A stretch of 59,486 nt of DNA. Source: a virus. Lineage: Duplodnaviria; Caudoviricetes. Within the stretch, counting starts at the first letter, position 1. The number at the start of each line of letters is the position of its first letter. The DNA lies in the IMG/VR virus record IMGVR_UViG_3300027917_000004, positions 1 to 59,486 of that record. The stretch is one strand, 5' to 3'. Under the pieces are notes generated by a model, which searched no databases, was not told the DNA's origin, and worked only from the letters and a program-made list of their open reading frames with translations. Below are positions 37,967-46,045 of this stretch, piece after piece. The position numbers were made by a program, and so were the translations under genes.

Positions 37967-38035
37967 TTATAGCATGGCCTATGGCAAATTGCCATATAGC
38001 AATTAGTCTTAAGACTAAAGTCGTACGACTAAAGT
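37967..38035. promoter_or_regulatory. Early control element copy B
   Basis: TTATAGCATGGC 37967; ATGGCA-AAT-TGCCAT 37981; ACTAAAGTCGTACGACTAAAGT 38014-38035. Confidence 0.7.
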
Positions 38036-38040
38036 ATAAG

Positions 38041-38180
38041 CCGGTCTTTACCGGTAATCGCCGCCCCGCGCCGCGCCCCGCTTGGCCGCAGTCTTTACCG
38101 GTAATCATTGCCGGTAATCTTTATGGTTAACGCCGCGCCGCTTGGCCGTAATGTTTACAGGTAAACTTTTCCGGTAATCG
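38041..38180. repeat. Degenerate repeats with about 60-bp period (CCGGTAATC / CTTGGCCG)
   Basis: CCGGTAATC at 38051, 38098, 38111, 38171; CTTGGCCG at 38081, 38141. Confidence 0.8.
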
Positions 38181-38298
38181 CGCCCGCCTCTCAAGGTACC
38201 CCGCAGCACCCCCCGCCACCCCCTAAAATGAAGGAGCATATGAGAAGGGGAATGGGCCAATCTCCAAAACGTCACACGCTTATTTTTTGAAACTCTTT

Positions 38299-38526
38299 AT
38301 GGGTCCCCTTTTCGGGGGTGGGGGTACCTGTTTCACATGAAACATGGGTCCCCTTTTTGATACCCCGGGTATACCGCTATATATGCGGATGCCTCCTATG
38401 GGTCCCCTGATGGCTTGTCGCGCCAAAAAATGGGCCACCGCAGCATCCCGCGATGACCCTGATTGTATCCGAAACCCCAAAAGGAACCACCCGTTTTGGT
38501 TATTTTGATTATAGCACGGGTCCCCT
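38299..38526. repeat. GGGTCCCCT boxes (x4) upstream of terL; candidate packaging/terminus signals
   Basis: GGGTCCCCT at 38301, 38346, 38400, 38518. Confidence 0.65.
38329..38344. promoter_or_regulatory. parS: parS-like centromere site
   Basis: TGTTTCACATGAAACA, 15/16 match to consensus TGTTTCACGTGAAACA, in non-coding DNA. Confidence 0.7.
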
Positions 38527-38585
38527 TAAAGGGTAGGGGTACAGGGATTAGATTATGGTATAAGGTTGGTTAGAGGGGTGGGGTA

Positions 38586-40361
38586 ATGCGCGTACTATCG
38601 ATTGATAATCAGAAGATTGATTACGAAAAGCAGCTGCTTGAATTGGATCGGGCTGACTGCGAGGAGAGCTTGTACGAGTTTTTGAAGAATTCGTGGAAGT
38701 ACATTGACAGTGTGCCGTTTACGGATGGATGGCCGATTGAAGCTGTAGCCGAACATCTTGAGGCTGTGGCGCGAGGTCAGATACGCCGTTTGATTATTAA
38801 CATTCCGCCTCGTTGCGCCAAGTCCTCGCTGACTTCTGTTGCGTTTCCGGCTTGGGTCTGGGCGCAGTCGCAGCGGGGCCCGACGATTGGACCGGGTACG
38901 CAATTCCTTCATGCCTCCTATGCCCAGCAGCTTTCTCTCAGAGACAGCGTGAAATGCCGCCGCCTGATTGAAAGCCCGTGGTATCGGAAGCTTTGGGGTG
39001 ACCGGTTTAGGTTAACGAGTGATCAGAACACAAAGTCGAGGTTTGATAATGACAAAGGCGGCTCAAGGCTCTCAACCTCCGTTGGCTCGGCCCTCACGGG
39101 TGAAGGCGGTCATATCATCGTGGTCGATGACCCGAATGCTGCACAGGAAGCCTTCTCGGAAGCCACCATTGCATCTACCATTGAGTGGTGGGATGCGGCT
39201 CTTTCCACCCGCTTGAATGATCCCAAGACTGGCGCGTTTGTTGTTATTCAGCAGAGGCTCAGTGAAGAGGATTTGACCGGCCACATTACGTCCAAAGACG
39301 AAGGCGAGTGGACGCATTTGTGTCTGCCGATGAAGTATGAGTGGCAGCGTCATTCTTATACAACTTTGGGCTATGACGAGAACGGTGATGAGATCGTCTG
39401 GAACGACCCGCGTGGGTGCGTCGAGGATGAAGACACGGGTGAATTAGTCCCGCTTGTTGAAGTGAATGATGACGGTGAACGCATTGCGATCTCGCCGGAA
39501 GCCCAAGAGGTTCTGGAGGAGGAGCGTGAAGGATCGCTGCTTTGGGAAGAGCGTTTCGGGATTGAGGAAGTCAATATTCTGGAGAAGCAACTTGGTCCTT
39601 GGGCCGCTGCGGGTCAGCTGCAACAAAGGCCGGAACCCAAGGGCGGTGGTATTATCAAGTCGGATTGGTGGCAAGTTTGGCAGGAACCGGAATATCCGCC
39701 AATGGATTATATCATTGCCTCTCTCGACACTGCCTACACTACTAAAACGGAAAACGACTTCTCTGCGATGACTGTTTGGGGCGTGTTTACCAAGTCTGCG
39801 ACAGCCCAGATCACCCGCTCTGTGGCGCGGCATGGTGGACTTATGTCCCATATCGAAGTGACCCGTGACTACGTTGATAAGCAAAGCCCGAAAGTCATGA
39901 TGATGTATGCATGGCAAGCAAGGCTTGAGCTTCATGAATTGGTCGAAAAGGTAGCCGAAAGTTGTAGGAAGATGAAAGTTGATAAGCTTATCATCGAAAA
40001 CAAAGCCGCTGGTTACTCTATTGCCCAAGAACTTCGTCGCCTTTACGGCCATGAAAACTTTGCCGTGCAGCTGGTTGACCCCAAAGGTCAGGACAAGCTT
40101 TCACGCCTGTATTCAGTCCAGCATTTGTTCGCAGAAGGTATGATCTTCGCGCCAGTCAGAGGCTGGGCCGATATGGTCATCCAACAGGTTGGTACCTTCC
40201 CCAAAGGCAAACACGACGACTTGGTCGATACTGTCTCGCAGTCGATCCGTCATTTGCGCGATCTGAACTTGCTGGTGAGGGCGCCGGAACTGATCCACGA
40301 TGTGGAAGACAGCATGGCATTCCGCTCACAAAAAGAGGATGTGCCTCTTTACCCGATCTGA
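38586..40361 (+). CDS. terL: Terminase large subunit
   Basis: INIPPRCAKS (Walker A), IVVDDP (Walker B), QQR, GQLQQRP, SLDTAY, IENKAAG, HDDLVD. Confidence 0.96.
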   Translation: MRVLSIDNQKIDYEKQLLELDRADCEESLYEFLKNSWKYIDSVPFTDGWPIEAVAEHLEAVARGQIRRLIINIPPRCAKSSLTSVAFPAWVWAQSQRGPTIGPGTQFLHASYAQQLSLRDSVKCRRLIESPWYRKLWGDRFRLTSDQNTKSRFDNDKGGSRLSTSVGSALTGEGGHIIVVDDPNAAQEAFSEATIASTIEWWDAALSTRLNDPKTGAFVVIQQRLSEEDLTGHITSKDEGEWTHLCLPMKYEWQRHSYTTLGYDENGDEIVWNDPRGCVEDEDTGELVPLVEVNDDGERIAISPEAQEVLEEEREGSLLWEERFGIEEVNILEKQLGPWAAAGQLQQRPEPKGGGIIKSDWWQVWQEPEYPPMDYIIASLDTAYTTKTENDFSAMTVWGVFTKSATAQITRSVARHGGLMSHIEVTRDYVDKQSPKVMMMYAWQARLELHELVEKVAESCRKMKVDKLIIENKAAGYSIAQELRRLYGHENFAVQLVDPKGQDKLSRLYSVQHLFAEGMIFAPVRGWADMVIQQVGTFPKGKHDDLVDTVSQSIRHLRDLNLLVRAPELIHDVEDSMAFRSQKEDVPLYPI

Positions 40362-40387
40362 TTTTTATGTCAAAGTAACCTTAACAT

Positions 40388-40464
40388 CCGGGTGTAGCGC
40401 AGTCTGGTAGCGTGGCTGATTTGGAGTCAGTAGGTCGCATGTTCGAATCATGCCACCCGGACCA
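40388..40464 (+). tRNA. tRNA-Pro(UGG)
   Basis: CCGGGTG/CACCCGG acceptor + ACCA; GCTGA-TTTGGAG-TCAGT anticodon arm; GCATG-TTCGAAT-CATGC T arm. Confidence 0.9.
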
Positions 40465-40483
40465 CATCTCTGAGGGGGGATAC

Positions 40484-40840
40484 ATGGACAATTTAGATAA
40501 ACCGCTTGAGGAAATGGAACTTAGGCAACGGACAACGAACGCTCTTATCCAAGCCGGATATAAAACATTGCGCGATGTTGTGGTTGCTAAACAGTCTGAA
40601 ATTAAAAAAATACCCGGACTTGGCAGCAAATCATTTGACGAAATTAGAGAAGTGATAATGTTCTATGGTTATCACTTTGATATGCAAATTTTAAAATCAG
40701 CCAACCATTATCAGTCTTATGAAAAAGCCCTTCAAGAAATTGAAAGGCTGGAAAAACTTTTGGAACAACGCGACTCCTTCATCATTTACAACAATTTATG
40801 GGATGATTTTGTCGCATCACTAAAGGAGAAAGCACAATGA
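40484..40840 (+). CDS. RNA polymerase alpha C-terminal-domain-like protein
   Basis: PLEEMELRQRTTNALIQAGYKTLRDVV...EIKKIPGLGSKSFDEI parallels alpha-CTD; GAGGGGG RBS. Confidence 0.8.
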   Translation: MDNLDKPLEEMELRQRTTNALIQAGYKTLRDVVVAKQSEIKKIPGLGSKSFDEIREVIMFYGYHFDMQILKSANHYQSYEKALQEIERLEKLLEQRDSFIIYNNLWDDFVASLKEKAQ

Positions 40841-41367
40841 AAATTTTGCATTGGATCAAAACACAGCTGGATTATCGCAAAAAATATAAAGCGTCTCTCC
40901 AGCAGCGCCTATTTAATGAAAAAGAAGACCGTACAGCAGCCAAAAATGCTCTGGATATTTTGGCTAAATACGAAATTCTGACAGCAAGTCTTCCGGCAAA
41001 TCATGAGTTATCTACTCAGATTTATTGGAAAGAATATGCTGATCGCAATTTAATGCGGGAAAATGAAAATCTCCGCAGTCAATTTAATCACCTACAAAAA
41101 ACTTATTATGAACTGTCCAATAAATGGACGGATAATATTTTGCGCTACGGCGTCCAGATGTACGGCGAGTGGCAGCCTATGGAGATCGCGCCCAAAGATA
41201 ATTCAGCCATTTTGCTTTGCTATGAAAATGGCGATGGCCGCTGGGTCGGCAACGGTTTTTATGAGCAAGGCAAACAAAACGGCGGCGAATATGTTGGCTG
41301 GGTATGTGAAGGGGAGAATGACGTTACCCCGCTGTACTGGATGCCGTTGCCGGAGGGGCCGAAATGA
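40837..41367 (+). CDS. Coiled coil plus DUF551-like protein
   Basis: WQPMEIAPKD...WMPLPEGP. Confidence 0.7.
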   Translation: MKILHWIKTQLDYRKKYKASLQQRLFNEKEDRTAAKNALDILAKYEILTASLPANHELSTQIYWKEYADRNLMRENENLRSQFNHLQKTYYELSNKWTDNILRYGVQMYGEWQPMEIAPKDNSAILLCYENGDGRWVGNGFYEQGKQNGGEYVGWVCEGENDVTPLYWMPLPEGPK

Positions 41368-41567
41368 ACTGGCAACCTATTGAGACCGCGCCAAAAGACG
41401 GCTCATGTTTCTTAGCTTATATGTGGTACGAAAAAGAAGAAGGCGATGATTATGAGTTTTATAGCGTTATTCGTTGGGAAAAAGGCTTAGGTTGGGTACA
41501 AGAGAATCCCTACATGGACCCATTTAAGCCAACCCATTGGATGCCCTTGCCGGAGCCGCCCAAATGA
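41364..41567 (+). CDS. DUF551-like protein
   Basis: WQPIETAPKDG...PTHWMPLPEPP. Confidence 0.8.
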   Translation: MNWQPIETAPKDGSCFLAYMWYEKEEGDDYEFYSVIRWEKGLGWVQENPYMDPFKPTHWMPLPEPPK

Positions 41568-41821
41568 AATGGGAGCCCATTGCTACCGCTCCAATGGATG
41601 GCACTTGGGTCCTGTTGACCGGGTTCAAACAGGGCAAGACCAAAACGATCAGCCACCTGTATGTGGTTGGCGCGTGGTATAACGTGAGCCAACGCTACCC
41701 CAACATGGGTGGAAATTGGTATGTTCTGGACCAAGACGGCAAGTTTGTCCTAAACCCGACCCACTGGGCCGATCTGCCTGATCTGCCCCCTAAACCTGTT
41801 CCCGTATCGTCTAACCGGTAG
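41564..41821 (+). CDS. DUF551-like protein
   Basis: WEPIATAPMDG...PTHWADLPDLP; 3' end overlaps tRNA-Gln. Confidence 0.7.
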   Translation: MKWEPIATAPMDGTWVLLTGFKQGKTKTISHLYVVGAWYNVSQRYPNMGGNWYVLDQDGKFVLNPTHWADLPDLPPKPVPVSSNR

Positions 41822-41874
41822 GACAACGCACTTTGACTGCGTCAATCGTGGTTCGAATCCATGTGCGGGAGCCA
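41800..41874 (+). tRNA. tRNA-Gln(UUG)
   Basis: TCCCGTA/TGCGGGA acceptor + GCCA; ACGCA-CTTTGAC-TGCGT anticodon arm; CGTGG-TTCGAAT-CCATG T arm. Confidence 0.9.
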
Positions 41875-41905
41875 ATTTATGCTATATAATTGTTTTTACC
41901 GCTGT

Positions 41906-41982
41906 TGGTCCGTGGCGGGGAAGGGCTGGCCGCTCGGTACCGGTCAGGTCGTGGGGGCTTCCACAACCGCCAAAACGGACCA
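41906..41982 (+). ncRNA. Candidate structured RNA (four-segment interrupted hairpin) in the late-operon leader
   Basis: TGGTCCGT/ACGGACCA, GGCGG/CCGCC, GGAAG/CTTCC, CTGGCCG/CGGTCAG nested pairings after a TATAAT box. Confidence 0.45.
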
Positions 41983-41997
41983 CACACAGAGGGTAAA

Positions 41998-42210
41998 ATG
42001 AATCGGGTTCTTGCAAACGCTGTCGTTGACGTAATTAAACCAGCTTCTCCGGTCGGTCTCGGCATATTTTCAGTCGAAGTCTGGGGCGTAGAGCCTTATG
42101 ATTACACGCGCCGCTATGAAATTCAGTCTAAAAACGATACACTAGCTGCCCAAGAGGGCATCCGCCGTTTCGTTGCTGAGATGGAACAGCTGCCCGATCA
42201 GGGGAATTAA
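41998..42210 (+). CDS. Small conserved protein upstream of portal
   Basis: GAGGG RBS; MNRVLANAVVD...AAQEGIRRFV. Confidence 0.65.
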   Translation: MNRVLANAVVDVIKPASPVGLGIFSVEVWGVEPYDYTRRYEIQSKNDTLAAQEGIRRFVAEMEQLPDQGN

Positions 42211-42213
42211 TTC

Positions 42214-44547
42214 ATGCCTTTAACGCCCGGCCTTGTCCCTAACATCCGCGAGCTTGGCTCCGATCCCGCAGCCATGCCGTCTGAGGACGATATCGTCATT
42301 GAGATGGTAGAGGACCAAGACGCGCCGGAGATCGATGAAAAAGGCAATGTCATCAAGATCGAACACGCAGACGGTTCGATTACGATTTCGCTGGATGGTC
42401 GCCCCGTCGAAGAAAATATCAAAGAGAAGGATATGGCGGATTGGTTCCGCAACCTTGTCGAAGATATCGATGACATGGAACTTTCCAGCATTGCCAGCGA
42501 CTTGATCCGTGGCATTGATGATGACATTTCATCGCGCCGCGAGTGGATCGAAGACCGCGCACAAGGCTTGAAGCTTCTTGGCCTTAAGGTTGAAATTCCC
42601 GGCCTCCAAGGCGCTACAGATGGCGCGCCAGTTGAAGGCATGTCCAAGGTCCGCCACCCGCTTCTTCTCGAAGCCGTGTTGCGCTTCCAAGCCAATGCCC
42701 GTTCAGAACTTCTCCCGACAGATGGTCCAGTCAAAGTTCGCAATGACAACAACAATGCGAACCTTAAAGATGACCAGCTTGGTAATGCGCTTGAGAGCGA
42801 TCTCAATCATTACCTGACAGCAGTTGCCAAAGAATATTATCCAGACACAGATCGTATGCTTCTGATGTTGGGTTTTGGCGGCACAGCTTTCAAGAAAGTT
42901 TACTTCTGCCCGCTGCGTAACCGTCCTGTCTCTGAGACAGTTGATGCAGACGATTTGATCGTCAATAACGCAGCCACAGACCTTTCAAATGCCAAACGCG
43001 TTACGCAGCGCATTTACATGCGGCCTTCAACGGTCAAGCGTATGCAAATTCTTGGCGCGTATCGTGACATTGATTTGTCTACGCCAAATGAACCTGACTA
43101 CGATGAGGTTCAAAAAGCTGAACGCGCACAGCAAGGCATTAACGATGGATCGATGAACCCGGAAGACCGGGATCGTGAGATTTACGAATGCTATTGCGAA
43201 CTTAATCTGCGCGGCTTTGAGCATAAGCACAAAGGCAAAGAAAGCGGTTTGGAAATTCCGTACCGCGTAACGATTGACGTTTCTTCCAAGCAAATCCTGT
43301 CAATTGTCCGTAACTATGACGAAGACACCGCAGAGCTTCCAGAAGCTCGCCAGAACTTCGTCAAGTACACTTTTGTTCCGGGCTTTGGTTTCTACGACAT
43401 CGGCCTCCTGCATATCCTTGGCAACACGACCAATGCAGTGACTGCTGCATGGCGCGAAATGCTTGATGCGGGCATGTACGCAAACTTCCCCGGCTTCCTT
43501 ATGGCCGACAGCGGTGCGCGTCAGAACACCAACATTTTCCGTGTTCCTCCGGGCGGCATGGCTCTTGTGAAAACAGGCGGTATGCCGATCAACCAAGCCA
43601 TCATGCCGTTGCCGTATAAAGAACCCGGCGCTGCTTTGATGAACCTTGTCGATAACATGGCTCAGACAGGTATGCGCGTTGGCGGCACAGCTGAAATGGC
43701 TGTTGGCGAAGGCCGCGCTGATGCACCTGTCGGCACAACCATTGCGCTGATTGAGCAAGCTAAAGTTGTCATGAGTTCGGTGCATAAGCGCCTTCATGCT
43801 TCACAGGCTGAAGAGTTCCAGTTGCTGCGCCGTACGTTCGAAGAACATCCAGACAGCTTCTGGCAGCGTAATCGGGCTACTGCATTCCCGTGGGATGAAA
43901 AAACATTTACGGATGCATTGAAGAACTTTTTGCTGGTCCCACAAGCTGACCCGAATACAGCTTCCAGCATCCAGCGCATGATGAAGGTCGTTGCTCTCAA
44001 GCAATTGGCTGCACAAAACCCTGCGCTGTATGATCCGATTGCGGTTGATATTGCCGCTCTTCAAGCGATGGGTTGGAACAACCCGCAGCAGTTTATGGCT
44101 CCGCCTTCCGCTCAAGGAAAGCCGCCGCCGGAACTGTTGGAGAAGATGGCAAACATCCAAGCCAAGCAAAAAGAAGCAGATGCCCGCATGTTGGATTCGC
44201 AGACCCGCGCTGCCGAATCACAGGCGCGTTTGCAGCTGGATCAGCAAAAGCTTCAGATGGAAATGGGCGGTGGCCTCAACGGTGGCATAGACCCCGAAAA
44301 GGCTATGCAGTTCCAAATCCAACAGGCAGAAATCCAACAGCGCCAACAAGATACAATGTTGGACGCTATTAACCGCAAACGCGACCGCGAATCACGCGAG
44401 CGTTTGGCTGCCATCAAACTGGCTGAAGAAGCCGCCCGTAACCCGCAAGGTTTGGGTATCATCCAAAGCATCGTAACCCCTGACATGCTGGCTCGCCTTG
44501 AGGGTAATGAGCCGGGTCTTGATGGACAGCAGACCGGAGAACTCTAA
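42214..44547 (+). CDS. Portal protein
   Basis: 777 aa; SRREW, HPLLLEAVLRFQA.A..ELLP.DGPVK, GTAFKKVY, GFYDIGLLHILG, PVGTTIAL, Gln-rich C-term barrel. Confidence 0.9.
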   Translation: MPLTPGLVPNIRELGSDPAAMPSEDDIVIEMVEDQDAPEIDEKGNVIKIEHADGSITISLDGRPVEENIKEKDMADWFRNLVEDIDDMELSSIASDLIRGIDDDISSRREWIEDRAQGLKLLGLKVEIPGLQGATDGAPVEGMSKVRHPLLLEAVLRFQANARSELLPTDGPVKVRNDNNNANLKDDQLGNALESDLNHYLTAVAKEYYPDTDRMLLMLGFGGTAFKKVYFCPLRNRPVSETVDADDLIVNNAATDLSNAKRVTQRIYMRPSTVKRMQILGAYRDIDLSTPNEPDYDEVQKAERAQQGINDGSMNPEDRDREIYECYCELNLRGFEHKHKGKESGLEIPYRVTIDVSSKQILSIVRNYDEDTAELPEARQNFVKYTFVPGFGFYDIGLLHILGNTTNAVTAAWREMLDAGMYANFPGFLMADSGARQNTNIFRVPPGGMALVKTGGMPINQAIMPLPYKEPGAALMNLVDNMAQTGMRVGGTAEMAVGEGRADAPVGTTIALIEQAKVVMSSVHKRLHASQAEEFQLLRRTFEEHPDSFWQRNRATAFPWDEKTFTDALKNFLLVPQADPNTASSIQRMMKVVALKQLAAQNPALYDPIAVDIAALQAMGWNNPQQFMAPPSAQGKPPPELLEKMANIQAKQKEADARMLDSQTRAAESQARLQLDQQKLQMEMGGGLNGGIDPEKAMQFQIQQAEIQQRQQDTMLDAINRKRDRESRERLAAIKLAEEAARNPQGLGIIQSIVTPDMLARLEGNEPGLDGQQTGEL

Positions 44548-46043
44548 TGGTTGACCGCCCCTCCACAGCGACTATGCGCCGCCGGATGTATGTCCCGGAG
44601 GAGCGGCCAGATTATGAGTCTTACATTGCTGATCCTGAGAACCAGCGCCTAGCTGAAGAAGCAGCAATGAATTTGATTGCTTTGGGCATGGGGCCAATGG
44701 GTGAAATCCCAGCTGGTCTTCGTTTGGCGCGTAATGTTTTGGGCGGTGCTCGTCTTGCAAATAAAGGGGAGCAGCTTCTTCCGCGCCCAGATCGTGGCAA
44801 TGCCATGCGTCCAGAAGAAATGTTGACCCCAGAGCCGCAAGCTCCGTGGTTAGCTGCTGATCAAAATCGTTGGTATCCAACAAAATATAATACCAAAGAT
44901 AATTTGTTGCCTAAACCGCAGCGCCCGCAAATGACTGAAGAAGAAATGCAAGCAATGGAAATTGCTCGCATGGTTGGCGAGGGTGGCCCATCGTTTTCAA
45001 AACAGGAAGCTGCTCGTCGCGAAGTTCGTCGTCGTCCTTCTGAAGAAGAAATGCGTGCAAATGAAGTTGCGCGTATGGAATCAGAAGGCGGCATGGACCC
45101 AGAACTGGCTGCTTTGCTGCGCACTATTAAAGAAGATCGTGAACGTGCTGCACATGCTGAAGACCTTGCCCGCTTTGAGGGTGAAGGCGGCGGTGCATGG
45201 ACCTATACGGGTCCCCGTTACAAGTATGGTCTCCCAGCCACTCAAGGTTCTCGCGAAGTTATGCCGTTCAACGCTGGCGCTCGCGAAATGATTCCATATG
45301 GCTCCAGCAGCAGCGTTCCGACATTTGCCGGTGGTCGCGGCGGCATGGATTTGCTGACACCATCTTATCGTTTTGCTGAAGGCCAAGAAGCTCTTATGCC
45401 TCCTGCTGGTGGCGGTAGACTTCCGCCTCCAAGCGGCGGCGCAGCACCGGGCGCTTCAGTTCCTCCTTCTAGTGGCGGGTTTACTGGTTTCCAAACAAAA
45501 GTTCCGTATGGCGGGGAAGCAGCCAATTTTGCGTTAGGTGATATGCCGGGCTCAGTGGGCGCTTTAACTCGTTCAGTGCCGCCGTTTGCATTCTCAATAA
45601 ATGAAGAAGTCAATAAACTTAAAGCACAGCGACAGGCCGCTAATACCCCAGCCCAAACGCAAGCTCCTGCGGTAACGCCAGAAGACTTGTTTGATATGCG
45701 TAATGCTCCTGCCCCTGTTTATACGCCAGCCGACCTTTTTGATATGCGGTCTGCGCCAGCAGGAAAAGGAAGCCCTGCTCGTTCTTCTGGCGCTCCTGCT
45801 CCGGCACCAGCTGCAAAACAATCCACTGGCGCGGATATTCGTGCGCTTTGGGAAAATTACAACAAGAGCGGCGAAGCAGCTGATTTCATTCGTGCCGACA
45901 AGGCCATGCAAGAAGCTCGCAAGGCCGGTATTGATCTCGGCCTTCCAACAGCACAGGGCGAAAAGCGCGGTGGTTCTGTCGAGAAGAAGCCAGATGCAGT
46001 GCATAAGGCTCTTGAGATCATCCATCACCTTGTGACGCGATAA
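44547..46043 (+). CDS. Low-complexity putative internal head protein with internal repeats and C-terminal KRGG tag
   Basis: AR(M/F)xxEGG x3, TPxDLFDMRxAP x2, ends EKRGGSVEKKPDAVHKALEIIHHL. Confidence 0.65.
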   Translation: MVDRPSTATMRRRMYVPEERPDYESYIADPENQRLAEEAAMNLIALGMGPMGEIPAGLRLARNVLGGARLANKGEQLLPRPDRGNAMRPEEMLTPEPQAPWLAADQNRWYPTKYNTKDNLLPKPQRPQMTEEEMQAMEIARMVGEGGPSFSKQEAARREVRRRPSEEEMRANEVARMESEGGMDPELAALLRTIKEDRERAAHAEDLARFEGEGGGAWTYTGPRYKYGLPATQGSREVMPFNAGAREMIPYGSSSSVPTFAGGRGGMDLLTPSYRFAEGQEALMPPAGGGRLPPPSGGAAPGASVPPSSGGFTGFQTKVPYGGEAANFALGDMPGSVGALTRSVPPFAFSINEEVNKLKAQRQAANTPAQTQAPAVTPEDLFDMRNAPAPVYTPADLFDMRSAPAGKGSPARSSGAPAPAPAAKQSTGADIRALWENYNKSGEAADFIRADKAMQEARKAGIDLGLPTAQGEKRGGSVEKKPDAVHKALEIIHHLVTR

Positions 46044-46045
46044 TC

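Noticed and set aside
33400-38400. Stop-codon reassignment suggested by abundant TAG
   Set aside because: Genes in the island are intact in the standard code and terS ends at TAG before a terminator; no suppressor tRNA
38280-38480. 66-aa minus-strand ORF containing MFHVKQ
   Set aside because: MFHVKQ is simply the translation of the parS palindrome; the region is repeat-rich and non-coding
38041-38526. Repeats as a CRISPR array
   Set aside because: Units are short and degenerate with no constant repeat-spacer structure; no cas genes
40412-40483. N-terminal extension of the alpha-CTD ORF
   Set aside because: Overlaps tRNA-Pro; a strong RBS supports ATG 40484
41900-41960. Resemblance to SRP (4.5S) RNA (CTGTTGGT...CCGGTCAGGTC)
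   Set aside because: Lacks the conserved GGAA tetraloop/AGCAG domain IV motif
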